A DNA stretch of 55,933 nucleotides, taken from the NCBI GenBank assembly GCA_050049355.1, contig JASFWK010000003.1:1-55933 (forward strand). Direction: 5' to 3'. The position numbers and the translations under genes were made by a program. This DNA is from Anaerolineae bacterium (GTDB taxonomy: Bacteria > Chloroflexota > Anaerolineae > B4-G1 > DUEL01). The notes under the pieces were generated by a model. That model was not told where the DNA came from and did not search any database. It saw only the letters and a program-made list of their open reading frames with translations. Positions 46,276-55,899 of this stretch are shown piece by piece; the first letter of the stretch is position 1; each line of letters opens with the position of its first letter.

Positions 46276-47337
46276 TTGCAGATCACGAACGTCGAAGTCA
46301 TCCCGGTCGAGTTGAAACTGCGCCTCCCCTTCCGGACGGCCTACCAGGCGGAGATCGACAAGGTGACGGTCGTGTTTGTGCGCGTCGACACACGCCAGGG
46401 GCGGGTCGCCTGGGGGTGCGCCGCCTTCGACGAGGGCCTCACCGGCGAAAAGTTGGAGGACGTCGTCCAGGGCTGTCAGGCCTGTGCCGAATGCGCCCAC
46501 GACTTGAACCCGCTCAACATCGAGTACGCCCTGGACAGACTGGCCCAACTGACGGAGGGGACACCGTCGGCCCTGTGCGCTTTCGATCTCGCTTTCCACG
46601 ACCTACTGGGCCTGGTCGCCGACATGCCCCTCCATCGGCTGCTGGGAGGCTATCGGAGCCGTATCCAGACATCCGTCACCATCAGCGTCGCCTCGGTCAG
46701 GGAGACTGTGGAGCTGGCCCTCGACCGTGCCCGGCAAGGCTTCCGCATCCTCAAGATCAAGGGCGGGCTCGACCCGGAGGAGGACGTGCTGCGGGTCCGG
46801 GCCGTCCGTGAGGCTCTCCCCCAGTTCACCCTTCGCCTGGATGCCGACCAAGCATACACCGTTCAGGAGGCTCTCGACGTGGCCCGCGCGCTGGAGGGGA
46901 AACTGGAGATGTTGGAGCAGCCCACCCCCGCCGACGACCTGGACGCGCTGTTTGAGGTCACCAAACGGAGTCCAGTCCTGATCCTGGCCGACGAGAGTGT
47001 GTTGGGACCGACCTCGGCGCTGGACATAGCTGCCCGCCGGGCCGCCCATGGGGTTAGCGTGAAGCTGGCGACGTGCGGGGGACTGCGCCACGCGCGTCAG
47101 GTGGACACCATCGCCCGCGCCGCTCAGATGGCCACGATGGTCAGCTGCGTCAACGAGCCGGCATTGCTTACCGCTGCCGGCTTAAGCTTCGCCCTCAGCA
47201 GTCCCAACGTCCGCTACGGCGATCTCGACGGCCACTTCGATCTGGTGAACGACCCCACCGTGCCGGGCTTCCTCTTGGACGAGGGGTGGCTCGTGGCAAC
47301 CGATGTACCTGGCCTGGGATGCACCGTTGAGATATGA
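46276..47337 (+). CDS. enolase-superfamily dipeptide (L-Ala-D/L-Glu-type) epimerase
   Basis: Mandelate racemase/muconate lactonizing enzyme pattern (KIKGG, LRLDADQAY, LEQP, ADES). The TTG start is preceded by GAGGAGG. Confidence 0.82.
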   Translation: MQITNVEVIPVELKLRLPFRTAYQAEIDKVTVVFVRVDTRQGRVAWGCAAFDEGLTGEKLEDVVQGCQACAECAHDLNPLNIEYALDRLAQLTEGTPSALCAFDLAFHDLLGLVADMPLHRLLGGYRSRIQTSVTISVASVRETVELALDRARQGFRILKIKGGLDPEEDVLRVRAVREALPQFTLRLDADQAYTVQEALDVARALEGKLEMLEQPTPADDLDALFEVTKRSPVLILADESVLGPTSALDIAARRAAHGVSVKLATCGGLRHARQVDTIARAAQMATMVSCVNEPALLTAAGLSFALSSPNVRYGDLDGHFDLVNDPTVPGFLLDEGWLVATDVPGLGCTVEI

Positions 47338-47559
47338 GCAGCGAGCTTCGGTCCGCACAGATAAGGGTCGCAGCAGATCTTCTCAGCACCAGGCGGGGTA
47401 TGCGGCAGAGTGGTGGGAGCCCATCTAGATCGGGCGATTGGAGGTCCGCCGAACTTCAGTTGGGGCGTATGGCACAACTTGAGCTGAGCGCTCAGGAGAT
47501 TGGCAATCGCCTAGAAGTGACTCTCCACAGCTCCCAATGAGATTCGGCTCTGGGCAATC

Positions 47560-48018
47560 ATGAGAAAGAAGAACCTTGTTGCTCTATTCCATGCACTCTC
47601 TGGCGCTGCAGGTATCCTCGTCAGTCTCTTCTCAAAGGGCCAGATCAGACTCCCGGAGCAACCAGTCAAGTCTGTAGGATTCACCATCTTCGGATTGGGC
47701 GGATTGCTCTTTGCCTATGCGGTTGCCTATCTTCGTGGTGGATTCGAGGGGAACGTCGACCCAGTCACGGAAGATCTGGTGACAGAGGGTCCGTACCGAT
47801 TTGTCCGTCACCCTCTCTATCTTGCTATGCTGGTGATGTGCATGGGCCTTGCCATAGGTCTTCGGAGCATTTGTGGATTGGCTATGACCGTCCTCGTCTT
47901 CTTCCCGCTGTGCATATATCGAGCGAGATTGGAGGAGGAAGCTCTGGAATTGAGATTCGGGAAGGAGTGGCGAGATTACTCTGATCGTACAGATTTCATC
48001 ATTCCTTTTGTCTACTAG
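47560..48018 (+). CDS. isoprenylcysteine carboxyl / phospholipid methyltransferase-family membrane protein
   Basis: The GPYRFVRHPLYLAMLV motif and 4 TM helices are present. Confidence 0.8.
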   Translation: MRKKNLVALFHALSGAAGILVSLFSKGQIRLPEQPVKSVGFTIFGLGGLLFAYAVAYLRGGFEGNVDPVTEDLVTEGPYRFVRHPLYLAMLVMCMGLAIGLRSICGLAMTVLVFFPLCIYRARLEEEALELRFGKEWRDYSDRTDFIIPFVY

Positions 48019-48078
48019 TGCGCCTTGGCCGCATGCTCCCTAGGCAGTACTCCGGAACGCCCTCTTGAGGATACGCAC

Positions 48079-48957
48079 GTGTATGAGATTCTGGTCAAGA
48101 AGGATCTGACTCCAGTCACCAAGTTGTTTGAGACACAGGCACGTGCGGTGGCGCACAAGGCTCACCCCGGTCAGTTCGTCATCATCCGCATCCATGAGAA
48201 GGGGGAGCGTATCCCACTGACGATCGCTGACTACGACCGTGAGCGAGGGACCATCACCCTTGTAGTCCAGGAAGTGGGCAAGACGACGATGGAGATGGGG
48301 GCTATGAAAGCAGGCGAGCATCTGGCCAGCCTGGCCGGCCCTCTGGGCAACCCCACCAAGATTGAGAAATACGGCACGGTGCTTTGCATAGGCGGCGGCT
48401 TTGCGATTGCTCCTGTCTATCCCATTGCCCGTGCCCTGAAAGAGGCAGGAAATACCATACTCTCCGTCATCGGTGTCAGGAACAAAGACCTCCTCTTTTG
48501 GGAAGAGAAGATGCGCTCAGTCAGCGATGAGTTGATCGTCTGCACCAATGACGGTTCATACGGACGCGAGGGGGTGGTCACCCTCCCTATGAAAGGGATA
48601 TTGGAGGCGGGGCGGCCGGTTGATCGCATTTGGGCTATTGGCCCAGCGATTATGATGAAGTTCTGCGCTCTCACCAGTCAACCATTCGGTACACCAACGA
48701 TTGTCAACCTCAATCCGATCATGGTTGATGGCACCGGTATGTGCGGTGCGTGTCGCGTGAAGGTAGATGGCCAAACGCGCTTTGCGTGCGTGGACGGTCC
48801 TGAGTTCGACGGGCATCAGGTGGATTGGGACCTGCTCATGGCGCGGCAACGCGTCTACCTCGAACAGGAGGAGCTGGCGGTCGAGGAATGGAAACAGGAA
48901 TGTGAACCCCTACATCGCCCCACTGCCTCCCAAGTAGATGGCCCAGCCTCCTGTTGA
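48079..48957 (+). CDS. sulfide/dihydroorotate dehydrogenase-like FAD/NAD-binding subunit (NfnA/SudB-like)
   Basis: Motifs PGQFVIIR and ERIPLTIAD, plus the C-terminal 2Fe-2S motif DGTGMCGACRV...FACVDGPEF. The GTG at 48079 is a likely start (the ORF opens at 48025). Confidence 0.85.
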   Translation: MYEILVKKDLTPVTKLFETQARAVAHKAHPGQFVIIRIHEKGERIPLTIADYDRERGTITLVVQEVGKTTMEMGAMKAGEHLASLAGPLGNPTKIEKYGTVLCIGGGFAIAPVYPIARALKEAGNTILSVIGVRNKDLLFWEEKMRSVSDELIVCTNDGSYGREGVVTLPMKGILEAGRPVDRIWAIGPAIMMKFCALTSQPFGTPTIVNLNPIMVDGTGMCGACRVKVDGQTRFACVDGPEFDGHQVDWDLLMARQRVYLEQEELAVEEWKQECEPLHRPTASQVDGPASC

Positions 48958-49126
48958 AGCAGTTGTGTCGTGAGACACAAGAGCGATTGACTGCTCGCTG
49001 ACACTGTGCTGTACCTATCTGGTGCGGGACAGGTGCTCCACGAAGAGGGGTAACCGCAGTTCAATCCGTTCTCGCCAGTAGCTTGGTGAGGCTTGCCAAG
49101 CTCCACATGACAAGGAGTACTGAGAC

Positions 49127-49867
49127 ATGAGACGCTTCGGCTGGCAGACACTTCTGGGTGCGGCCCTGGTTGTGCTCTCTGTGATCTTCTACCTGCTCCA
49201 CTACTTGATCTTCCGGGACCCCCACCACATCTTCACCTTTCTGGTAGGGGATGTAGCCTTCGTCTTCATCGAGGTCTTGATGGTGACGCTGATCATACAC
49301 CGCCTGCTTGGTGAACGAGAGAAGCAAGCGCGGCTGGAGAAGCTGAATATGGTCATCGGCACCTTCTTCAGCGAAGTAGGGACCAGGCTATTGGGCGGCC
49401 TCTCCCAGCTAGATCCAAAGCTGGATAGGCTTAGGGGAGAGCTTGTGGTTGGCGAGGGCTGGTCTGAGCGGCAGTTCTCGAAGAGGGGGCAATGGCTGCG
49501 AGACTACGACTATGAGGTTGAGCCGGAGAGAGCCGACTTGAAGGGATTGAAGCATCTCCTAGTAGCCAGAAGGGACTTCTTGCTGAGATTGCTGGAGAAT
49601 CCCAATCTACTGGAGCATGAATCCTTCACCGAGCTCCTTCGGGCAGTCTTCCATCTAATGGAGGAACTGGACGCCAGGAGGAGCCTGGAAGAGCTGCCGA
49701 CCACAGACTATGCACATCTCGCCGGTGACATGGAAAGGGTATATGTCCTGCTTGTCCGCGAGTGGTTGGAGTACATGCAGTACCTGAAGAGCAGCTACCC
49801 GTATCTCTTCTCCCTGGCCCTGAGGACGAATCCGTTTGATGCGGATGCGTCACCGGTAGTGGGGTAA
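49127..49867 (+). CDS. hypothetical membrane protein (two N-terminal TM helices + helical cytoplasmic domain)
   Basis: The ATG is preceded by AAGGAGTACTGAGAC. The composition looks coding, but I recognise no family. Confidence 0.6.
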   Translation: MRRFGWQTLLGAALVVLSVIFYLLHYLIFRDPHHIFTFLVGDVAFVFIEVLMVTLIIHRLLGEREKQARLEKLNMVIGTFFSEVGTRLLGGLSQLDPKLDRLRGELVVGEGWSERQFSKRGQWLRDYDYEVEPERADLKGLKHLLVARRDFLLRLLENPNLLEHESFTELLRAVFHLMEELDARRSLEELPTTDYAHLAGDMERVYVLLVREWLEYMQYLKSSYPYLFSLALRTNPFDADASPVVG

Positions 49868-50033
49868 GGAAGGGTTGACCGTTGAGCAGCCGCCAAGCTG
49901 CCCCTCTCAGCTCGCTCCAAGTCCTGTACCCATCCCGCACACACGCCAGACATCGCCGCGCATCCAAGTGGGCTTGCTGAGGGATACATCTCGAGTGTCC
50001 AGCGCGGCGGTACCGGTCTGGTGAGAAGGCCTG

Positions 50034-52394
50034 CTAGGAAGGAAGCAGCTTGGCGATGGTGACGCCGGCGCCGCCCTCTCCACGCTTCCCCGGTCGGTAC
50101 GACTCGACCAGCGGGTGAGTGCGCAGGAAATCGCGCACCGCCCGGCGCAGCGCTCCCGTCCCCTTACCGTGCACGATGTGGATCCAGGGCAGATTCGCCA
50201 GCGACGCCGCGTCCAAGTGACGGTCCAGCAGTTCGAGGGCGTCCTCCACGGTACTCCCCCGCATATCGATGCGAGCATCGACGGAGGGGACCTCATAGTG
50301 AGTCGATCCCGTGGCCTCTGGCTCAGGTGCGACACCGCGCAGCTCCAACTGTAGCAACGGCGCCTGGACGCGAGCCGGGCCCACCTGCACCTCCGCTTCC
50401 TCGCCCGTTATCTTCAAGATCTCCCCCTCCGCTCCCAGTGGGGCCACCCACACGAGGTCGCCGGCCCTGAGGGGACGAGGCGGGGGCGAGAGCGACGGAA
50501 CGGGTTCGGGCTCCGGCTCCCCCATGATCTCCGCTTCCAGCTCCTCCAGTTCCTCTTCCACGGCAGTCACCGCCGTCTGCGGCACGGCAGCGGCCTGTAG
50601 TCGCTGCTGCAGCGCGCGCATCTCCTCCCGCAGCACTTCCAGCTCGGCGGCCGCTTCATCTCTTGCCGCCCGAAGGACATCCTGGCGTTCTTCCTCGATC
50701 TTGGCCAGCCGCTGGCGTAGCTCCTCCGTCAGCTGCTCCGCTTCGCGCCGGGCAGCGTGGGCCGTATCCCGCTCTCGGGCCTCCTGAAGCCGCAGCTTGT
50801 GAATATCCGCCAGCATATCCTCCGTCTGCCGGTCCTCCTGGGAGACCAATGCCTCGGCATCATGGACAACCGCATCCGACATCCCCAGGCGCCTGGCGAT
50901 AGCGAAGGCGTTGGAGCGACCTGGCAGGCCGATGCTCAGATGGTAGGTTGGCTGGAGCGTCTGCGCGTCGAACTCGACGCAGGCGTTCTTGACGCCACGT
51001 GTCAGCTGCGCGTAGGCCTTCAGTTCTGGGTAGTGGGTGGCGACAAGGGTGGTCGCTCCCTGTTGGCGGAAGCGGTCCAGCAGTGCCCGCGCCAACGCCG
51101 AGCCCTCAGCTGGATCCGTGCCGGCCCCCAGTTCGTCCAGAAGGACCAACGAGCGTTCGTGCGCCCTGTCGATAAACGAGAGAATGTTGGTCAGGTGAGA
51201 GGAGAAGGTGGAGAGGGACTGCTCGATGGATTGCTCATCGCCGATGTCGGCATACACCGCCTCAAAAGGAGAGAGCGCAGAGCCAGGGGCGATGGGGATG
51301 TGCAGCCCCCCCTGAGCCATCAGCGTCAGCAAACCCACTGTCTTCAGCGTCACCGTCTTGCCGCCAGTGTTGGGGCCAGTGATGACCAAGACGTGGGTCT
51401 CGTCATCCAACACCACGTCGACGGGGACGACCGTCTCGGGGTCGAGAAGCGGGTGACGGGCCTGAAAGAGCTGGATGGTGGAGTTCGGGGCTTGAGTCTC
51501 CTTAAGAGGCACCAGGTTGGGAGCGGTGGCATCCAAAGTCTCAGCATATCGGGCCTTGGCAAAGGCCAGATCCAGGTCAGCCACGGCCTCCACTGTGTGC
51601 TCTATCTCATCTCCGCATGACGAGACGTGAGCGGAGAGGTCAGCCAGGATGCGCTGGATCTCCTGCTCCTCCCGGATTTGGAGTTCCCGCAAGGTGTTGT
51701 TCAGTTCAACAGAGGCGAGGGGCTCTATGAAGAGCGTCGCACCGGAGACGGATCGGTCGTGCACAACGCCCCGGATGCGGCCCTTGAATTCAGCCTTGAG
51801 CGGAATGACGTACCGCCCTTCCCGCTGAGTGATGAGGATCTCCTGAAGAAAGGGCGCGTTCCTGGGCGAGTCTATGATGTGCCGAAGCTTCTCCAGCAGC
51901 CGGCTCCGGGTCACGCGCAGTTCTCGTCGTATGCGCGCCAGTTCATGCGAGGCATCGTCCTTCAACTCGCCCCGTTCGTCTATGCATCGACCGATGGCCT
52001 CGATCAGATCTGGGCAAGGAGCGATCCGACCAGCGATGTCGGCCAAGTGGGGGAAATCCCGCTTGAGCCGGGTCAGGGCCCGCTGAAGGGTCCGGGCCGC
52101 GACCAGGGTCCCTTGCACGTCCAACAGGTCAGATGGGGAGAGCGCCACGCCACGCCGGGATACCTTGATCTTTGGACGGACGTCACGCGCGCCGCCCACG
52201 GTGATCTGAGGATGATCCTCCAGCAGCGCGCGAGCCTCGGTCGTCGTCTCCAGGCGTTCCTTGACCTCCTCGAAGAGAGGGCTGGGGGATAAGCTGCGGG
52301 CCCTCTCCGCCCCAGCGGAGAATGCGGTGTACGAGGCGAGCTGTTCCAGGATCTTGGGAAGCTCAAGCGTCTGGCAGTGCTTGGGGTCCATCAC
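50034..52394 (-). CDS. mutS2: endonuclease MutS2 (MutS domain + C-terminal Smr)
   Basis: Walker A GPNTGGKT, the DELGAGTDP motif, a coiled-coil linker, and the Smr motif HIVHGKGTGALR. Confidence 0.95.
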   Translation of the reverse strand: MMDPKHCQTLELPKILEQLASYTAFSAGAERARSLSPSPLFEEVKERLETTTEARALLEDHPQITVGGARDVRPKIKVSRRGVALSPSDLLDVQGTLVAARTLQRALTRLKRDFPHLADIAGRIAPCPDLIEAIGRCIDERGELKDDASHELARIRRELRVTRSRLLEKLRHIIDSPRNAPFLQEILITQREGRYVIPLKAEFKGRIRGVVHDRSVSGATLFIEPLASVELNNTLRELQIREEQEIQRILADLSAHVSSCGDEIEHTVEAVADLDLAFAKARYAETLDATAPNLVPLKETQAPNSTIQLFQARHPLLDPETVVPVDVVLDDETHVLVITGPNTGGKTVTLKTVGLLTLMAQGGLHIPIAPGSALSPFEAVYADIGDEQSIEQSLSTFSSHLTNILSFIDRAHERSLVLLDELGAGTDPAEGSALARALLDRFRQQGATTLVATHYPELKAYAQLTRGVKNACVEFDAQTLQPTYHLSIGLPGRSNAFAIARRLGMSDAVVHDAEALVSQEDRQTEDMLADIHKLRLQEARERDTAHAARREAEQLTEELRQRLAKIEEERQDVLRAARDEAAAELEVLREEMRALQQRLQAAAVPQTAVTAVEEELEELEAEIMGEPEPEPVPSLSPPPRPLRAGDLVWVAPLGAEGEILKITGEEAEVQVGPARVQAPLLQLELRGVAPEPEATGSTHYEVPSVDARIDMRGSTVEDALELLDRHLDAASLANLPWIHIVHGKGTGALRRAVRDFLRTHPLVESYRPGKRGEGGAGVTIAKLLPS

Positions 52395-52939
52395 CGCAAG
52401 AGGTAAGCCAGAACAGGCGGTGGCTGGCGGAACCAGGGGTGTATCAAGAGATAGAGACGCAGGAACTGACTCAGATAAGGGCGACCAGAGGCGTCTCGGC
52501 AGGCCCGAGCCAGGTTCGTCCTGCTCTCACTCGGCCCATCCCCCCACTCTTCGAGGGTGGAGTGACCAAGCGAGGAGAGGAGAAGGCTGACGATAACAAG
52601 GGCAGAGAGTATGCCAGGGGCCAGCGCCAGTAGATTATCCATAAATCCCAACACCGGCAGCCGTGTGTCGGGGAATCCTCCCCGCAGCAGGAACTCCATC
52701 GCGACGGTCGCAAGTAGGAAGAGGACCCAGAACATGACTGTCTCAGTCAGCGTGGGGGATTCCCCCCCGATGGCCGTCACGTAGGTCGCAGCGTATGGGT
52801 AGAAGAGACCGGCCACGGCGGTAGCGAAGTAGAACACCCCAAGGCTCATCAATTGCCTGAGGAGCCCTTGAGTGAAGGCCCATATGCAGATGGCAACAGC
52901 AATCAGCGCCAACAGGCCGTCCAGAAAAGTGATAGACAT
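52391..52939 (-). CDS. cvpA: CvpA-family membrane protein
   Basis: Its 4-TM N-terminus is MSITFLDGLLALIAVAICIWAFTQGLLRQL. The stop overlaps the mutS2 start by 4 nt. Confidence 0.8.
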   Translation of the reverse strand: MSITFLDGLLALIAVAICIWAFTQGLLRQLMSLGVFYFATAVAGLFYPYAATYVTAIGGESPTLTETVMFWVLFLLATVAMEFLLRGGFPDTRLPVLGFMDNLLALAPGILSALVIVSLLLSSLGHSTLEEWGDGPSESRTNLARACRDASGRPYLSQFLRLYLLIHPWFRQPPPVLAYLLR

Positions 52940-52945
52940 ATCGGC

Positions 52946-52970
52946 CTCCAGTTACCCGTTCGGACTGGAG
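52946..52970 (-). promoter_or_regulatory. SD-sequestering hairpin in the cvpA-mutS2 leader
   Basis: The mRNA reads CUCCAGU-ccgaacgggua-ACUGGAG-gccgau-AUG. The 3' arm contains the SD GGAG. Confidence 0.4.
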
Positions 52971-52972
52971 TT

Positions 52973-53000
52973 ACTATACCACAATTGAATCGGAGAGCAA
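52973..53000 (-). promoter_or_regulatory. extended -10 promoter candidate for cvpA-mutS2
   Basis: Minus strand reads TTGCTC (53000-52995), a 16 nt spacer, then TGgTATAGT (-10 hexamer at 52978-73). Confidence 0.45.
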
Positions 53001-53120
53001 GCAGAAGAAGAATCTCCACCCCAGGCGCGAGCTCTTCCGTCCTCTGGCCGCTCGCCTCCAATCGAGGGGCTGGATCGCCCGCACAGCAAGAAGCACTCAA
53101 AGAGCCCCGCGAATTGCCGC

Positions 53121-53149
53121 TTGCACCCACCCCACTTATGTGGTATAAC
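53121..53149 (+). promoter_or_regulatory. extended -10 promoter candidate for the aminopeptidase gene
   Basis: TTGCAC (53121-26), a 17 nt spacer, then TGgTATAAC (-10 hexamer at 53144-49). Confidence 0.45.
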
Positions 53150-53232
53150 TCCCCACAAATCCGAACCACGTATCGGCTTTTGCGGTCGACTTCGCGCAAT
53201 CACGAAATCATGAAACCGTAAGGAGTCATTCG

Positions 53233-54336
53233 ATGAGAGAGCCCCGTGTTGAGAGACTTGCAGACGTACTGGTCCGCTACTCCACCGACATCCAGCCAGG
53301 CGACCTGGTCATCATCCAGGGGATGCCAGAGGCAGCGCCACTGCTTATGGCGGTCTACGAAGAGGTGCTCAAGGCAGGTGGACACGCTCACCTGATTGCA
53401 GGTCTGCCGGGAGCGCTGGAGGCATTCTACCGTCTGGCATCCGACGAGCAGCTGGAGTTCATTTCTCCACTCAATCGTCTGATCGTTGAACAGGCGGATG
53501 CTTCAATCAGGATCCGTTCCAACGCAAACACCCGCGAACTGAGCGGCGTGGCCCCCGCCCGCCAACGTCTTCACAGCAGAGCGATGAAGCCGCTGACGAA
53601 GATCTACCTGGAGCGGGGAGCCTCTGGCGACCTGAAGTGGGTTGGCACCCAGTATCCCACCAACGCCTATGCGCAGGAAGCGGATATGAGTTTGCGAGAG
53701 TATCAGGACTTCGTCTATGCCGCCTGCTTCTGCGATCAGGAGGACCCGGTCGCCCGTTGGATGGAGATCCATGATCAACAGGAGCGGCTCGTGGAGTGGC
53801 TCAAGGGGAAGGAAGAGGTACGTATCAAAGGCCCCAACGCCGATCTGACGCTCTCCATCAAGGACCGTCTTTTCATCAACTCAGACGGCAAACACAACAT
53901 GCCCAGCGGTGAGATCTTCACGGGCCCCGTCGAAGAGAGTACCGAGGGATGGGCTCGGTTCACCTACCCGGCCATCGCCGGCGGACGGGAGGTGGAGGGC
54001 ATCGAACTCTGGTTCGAGGAAGGACGCGTGGTCAAGGCGACAGCAAAGAAGAACGAGGAGTACCTCCTGGAGATGCTGGACACCGACGACGGCTCCCGCT
54101 ATCTGGGGGAATTCGCCATCGGCACCAACGATGGCATCCAGCACTTCACCAAGAACATTCTCTTCGATGAAAAGATCGGAGGCTCCTTCCATATGGCAGT
54201 GGGCGCTGGCTACCCAGAGACCGGAAGCAAGAACGAATCCGCCATCCATTGGGATATGATCTGCGACATGCGAGACGGCGGGGAAATCCATGTGGATGGT
54301 GAACTGTTCTACCAAGATGGCAAGTTCGCGATCTGA
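53233..54336 (+). CDS. M29-family (AmpS/PepS-type) aminopeptidase
   Basis: The full-length pattern is typical of thermophilic metalloaminopeptidases (NMPSGEIFTGP, HMAVGAGYPETG, HWDMI). The start is preceded by SD AAGGAG. Confidence 0.9.
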   Translation: MREPRVERLADVLVRYSTDIQPGDLVIIQGMPEAAPLLMAVYEEVLKAGGHAHLIAGLPGALEAFYRLASDEQLEFISPLNRLIVEQADASIRIRSNANTRELSGVAPARQRLHSRAMKPLTKIYLERGASGDLKWVGTQYPTNAYAQEADMSLREYQDFVYAACFCDQEDPVARWMEIHDQQERLVEWLKGKEEVRIKGPNADLTLSIKDRLFINSDGKHNMPSGEIFTGPVEESTEGWARFTYPAIAGGREVEGIELWFEEGRVVKATAKKNEEYLLEMLDTDDGSRYLGEFAIGTNDGIQHFTKNILFDEKIGGSFHMAVGAGYPETGSKNESAIHWDMICDMRDGGEIHVDGELFYQDGKFAI

Positions 54337-54354
54337 GGTCCGCTGACCTACCCA

Positions 54355-54387
54355 GGGCCCCCGTCTAGACGGGGGCCCTTTTTCTTT
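54355..54387 (+). terminator. intrinsic terminator
   Basis: A perfect 24-nt palindrome GGGCCCCCGTCTAGACGGGGGCCC is followed by TTTTTCTTT. Confidence 0.85.
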
Positions 54388-54413
54388 CTGTTACCTCCCT
54401 ATCACCTCGTCTA

Positions 54414-55388
54414 TCACCTCATCCACGGATACGGCGTCGGCGTGGGGGTGGGGGTCTGGCAGATCATCGCCTGCCCAATCAGCGTGTGGTATTCCTGCCG
54501 ATCGGGTCCCATCGCCAGGGCATGATTGAGCATCGTCTGGGCATCAGTGCAGCGCCCTGAGTGGAAGTAGGCGGTGCCCAGTGCGCCGAACAGGTCGGCC
54601 GCAGGGGTGTCGGAGACATGGCTCAATGAATCGTCTCCGGTCTCAGCCAAGGCGCGAGCCCCCTCATAGCAGGTGACGGCGTGGACCCATGCTCCTTCAG
54701 TGGAGTAAGCATCCCCCAGCGCAAACCAGAGAGCCGCCGGCCCTCCGCCCTCCAGCGCCTCCGACAAGGTTCGGATAGCGGCGGAGGAGTTGCCCAGCGC
54801 GCTGAGGGCCTCGCCCCGGTAGTAAGCTTCCAGGGGATCATCTGGATTGGCGTTGAGATACTCGTTGGCCAGAGCGATCATCCGGCCCGCTTGCCCCCCT
54901 TCTACCGCTGCTCGCCAGCGAATCAAGAAGGTCGCCTCCCCCAAGTCCGGATCCAGCCGGACCGCCTTCTGGTAAGCGATCAAGCCTTGTACGGGATCGC
55001 CAAAGCCCTGTAGAAGCACCTCACCCAAAAGAGCATGAGCGGCAGCATCCTCGGGATCGACAGCCAGCGCCGCCTGGGCGTCCGTCAGAGCAGCGTCGGG
55101 GTTTCCCAACGCCAAATAGGCAGCCCCCCGCTCCACATAGGCCGATCCAAGCGTCGGGTCGAGCGCCAGCGCTTGGGAGAACGCCTCCAAAGCCCGCGCC
55201 GTGTTGCCGGCAGCTCGATGGGCCAAGCCGACCTCATAGTAGAAACCGGCGCTGGGTGAGGTGGGGTTGGGGGTGGATGGGATGCGCGTCGGCAGCCGCA
55301 GCGGGGAGACGGTGGGGTCGGGGGAAGCACAGGCTGCCAGCGTCGCCAACGCCACCACCGACAACATCAGGGACAGAGTTGATTTCAT
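54414..55388 (-). CDS. TPR-repeat lipoprotein
   Basis: The Met at 55388 gives the signal peptide and lipobox MKSTLSLMLSVVALATLAAC. Multiple 34-residue TPR-like repeats follow. Confidence 0.8.
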   Translation of the reverse strand: MKSTLSLMLSVVALATLAACASPDPTVSPLRLPTRIPSTPNPTSPSAGFYYEVGLAHRAAGNTARALEAFSQALALDPTLGSAYVERGAAYLALGNPDAALTDAQAALAVDPEDAAAHALLGEVLLQGFGDPVQGLIAYQKAVRLDPDLGEATFLIRWRAAVEGGQAGRMIALANEYLNANPDDPLEAYYRGEALSALGNSSAAIRTLSEALEGGGPAALWFALGDAYSTEGAWVHAVTCYEGARALAETGDDSLSHVSDTPAADLFGALGTAYFHSGRCTDAQTMLNHALAMGPDRQEYHTLIGQAMICQTPTPTPTPYPWMR

Positions 55389-55419
55389 CGGTTGTCTTTG
55401 CTCGGGCAAGCCGCGGCTC

Positions 55420-55899
55420 CTACGTGATGGAGACAACGCGGCCTCCGCTCATCTTTGTGAGGTCTGCAGGGTCAAGACTGAACACAGCATTCGGCGTACC
55501 GGCGGCGGCCCAGACCCTCTCGTACTCCAGCAAATCCTCGTCGATGAAGGTCTCCAACCGCTGGCGATGGCCCACCGGCGGAACGCCGCCGATAGCAAAG
55601 CCGGTTCGCTCACGGACGAAATCGGCATCTGCCATCGCAACAGGCTCAGAGAGAAACTCAGCGATCTTCTCCTCGTTGACGCGATTGGGACCGCTGGCGA
55701 TCACCAATATCGGTCGATGCGAGCTCTCGGTCTTGAAGACAAGCGATTTTACGATCTGACCGACCTGGCAGCCGACGGCCCGAGCTGCATCGGTGGCGGT
55801 GCGCGTGGTCTGCGGCAGCTCCGTCACCTCGTACGAGAAGCCGAGCTCTCTCAGTGCCTCCTGGACTTTGCGTGCGCTTGGACTCAGAGCTGCAGGCAT
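55420..55899 (-). CDS. YbaK/EbsC-family aminoacyl-tRNA editing deacylase
   Basis: The pattern IVKSLVFK...ILVIASG...VGGVPPVGH is typical of the YbaK/ProX family. Confidence 0.85.
   Translation of the reverse strand: MPAALSPSARKVQEALRELGFSYEVTELPQTTRTATDAARAVGCQVGQIVKSLVFKTESSHRPILVIASGPNRVNEEKIAEFLSEPVAMADADFVRERTGFAIGGVPPVGHRQRLETFIDEDLLEYERVWAAAGTPNAVFSLDPADLTKMSGGRVVSIT

Noticed and set aside
48079-48957. The NfnA/SudB-like FAD/2Fe-2S subunit is not followed by its usual GltD/NfnB-like partner gene.
   Set aside because: The partner may simply be encoded elsewhere, and absence within one window is not informative. It is noted only as context. The same applies to the missing B12-binding small subunit of the methylmalonyl-CoA mutase at 9678..11342.
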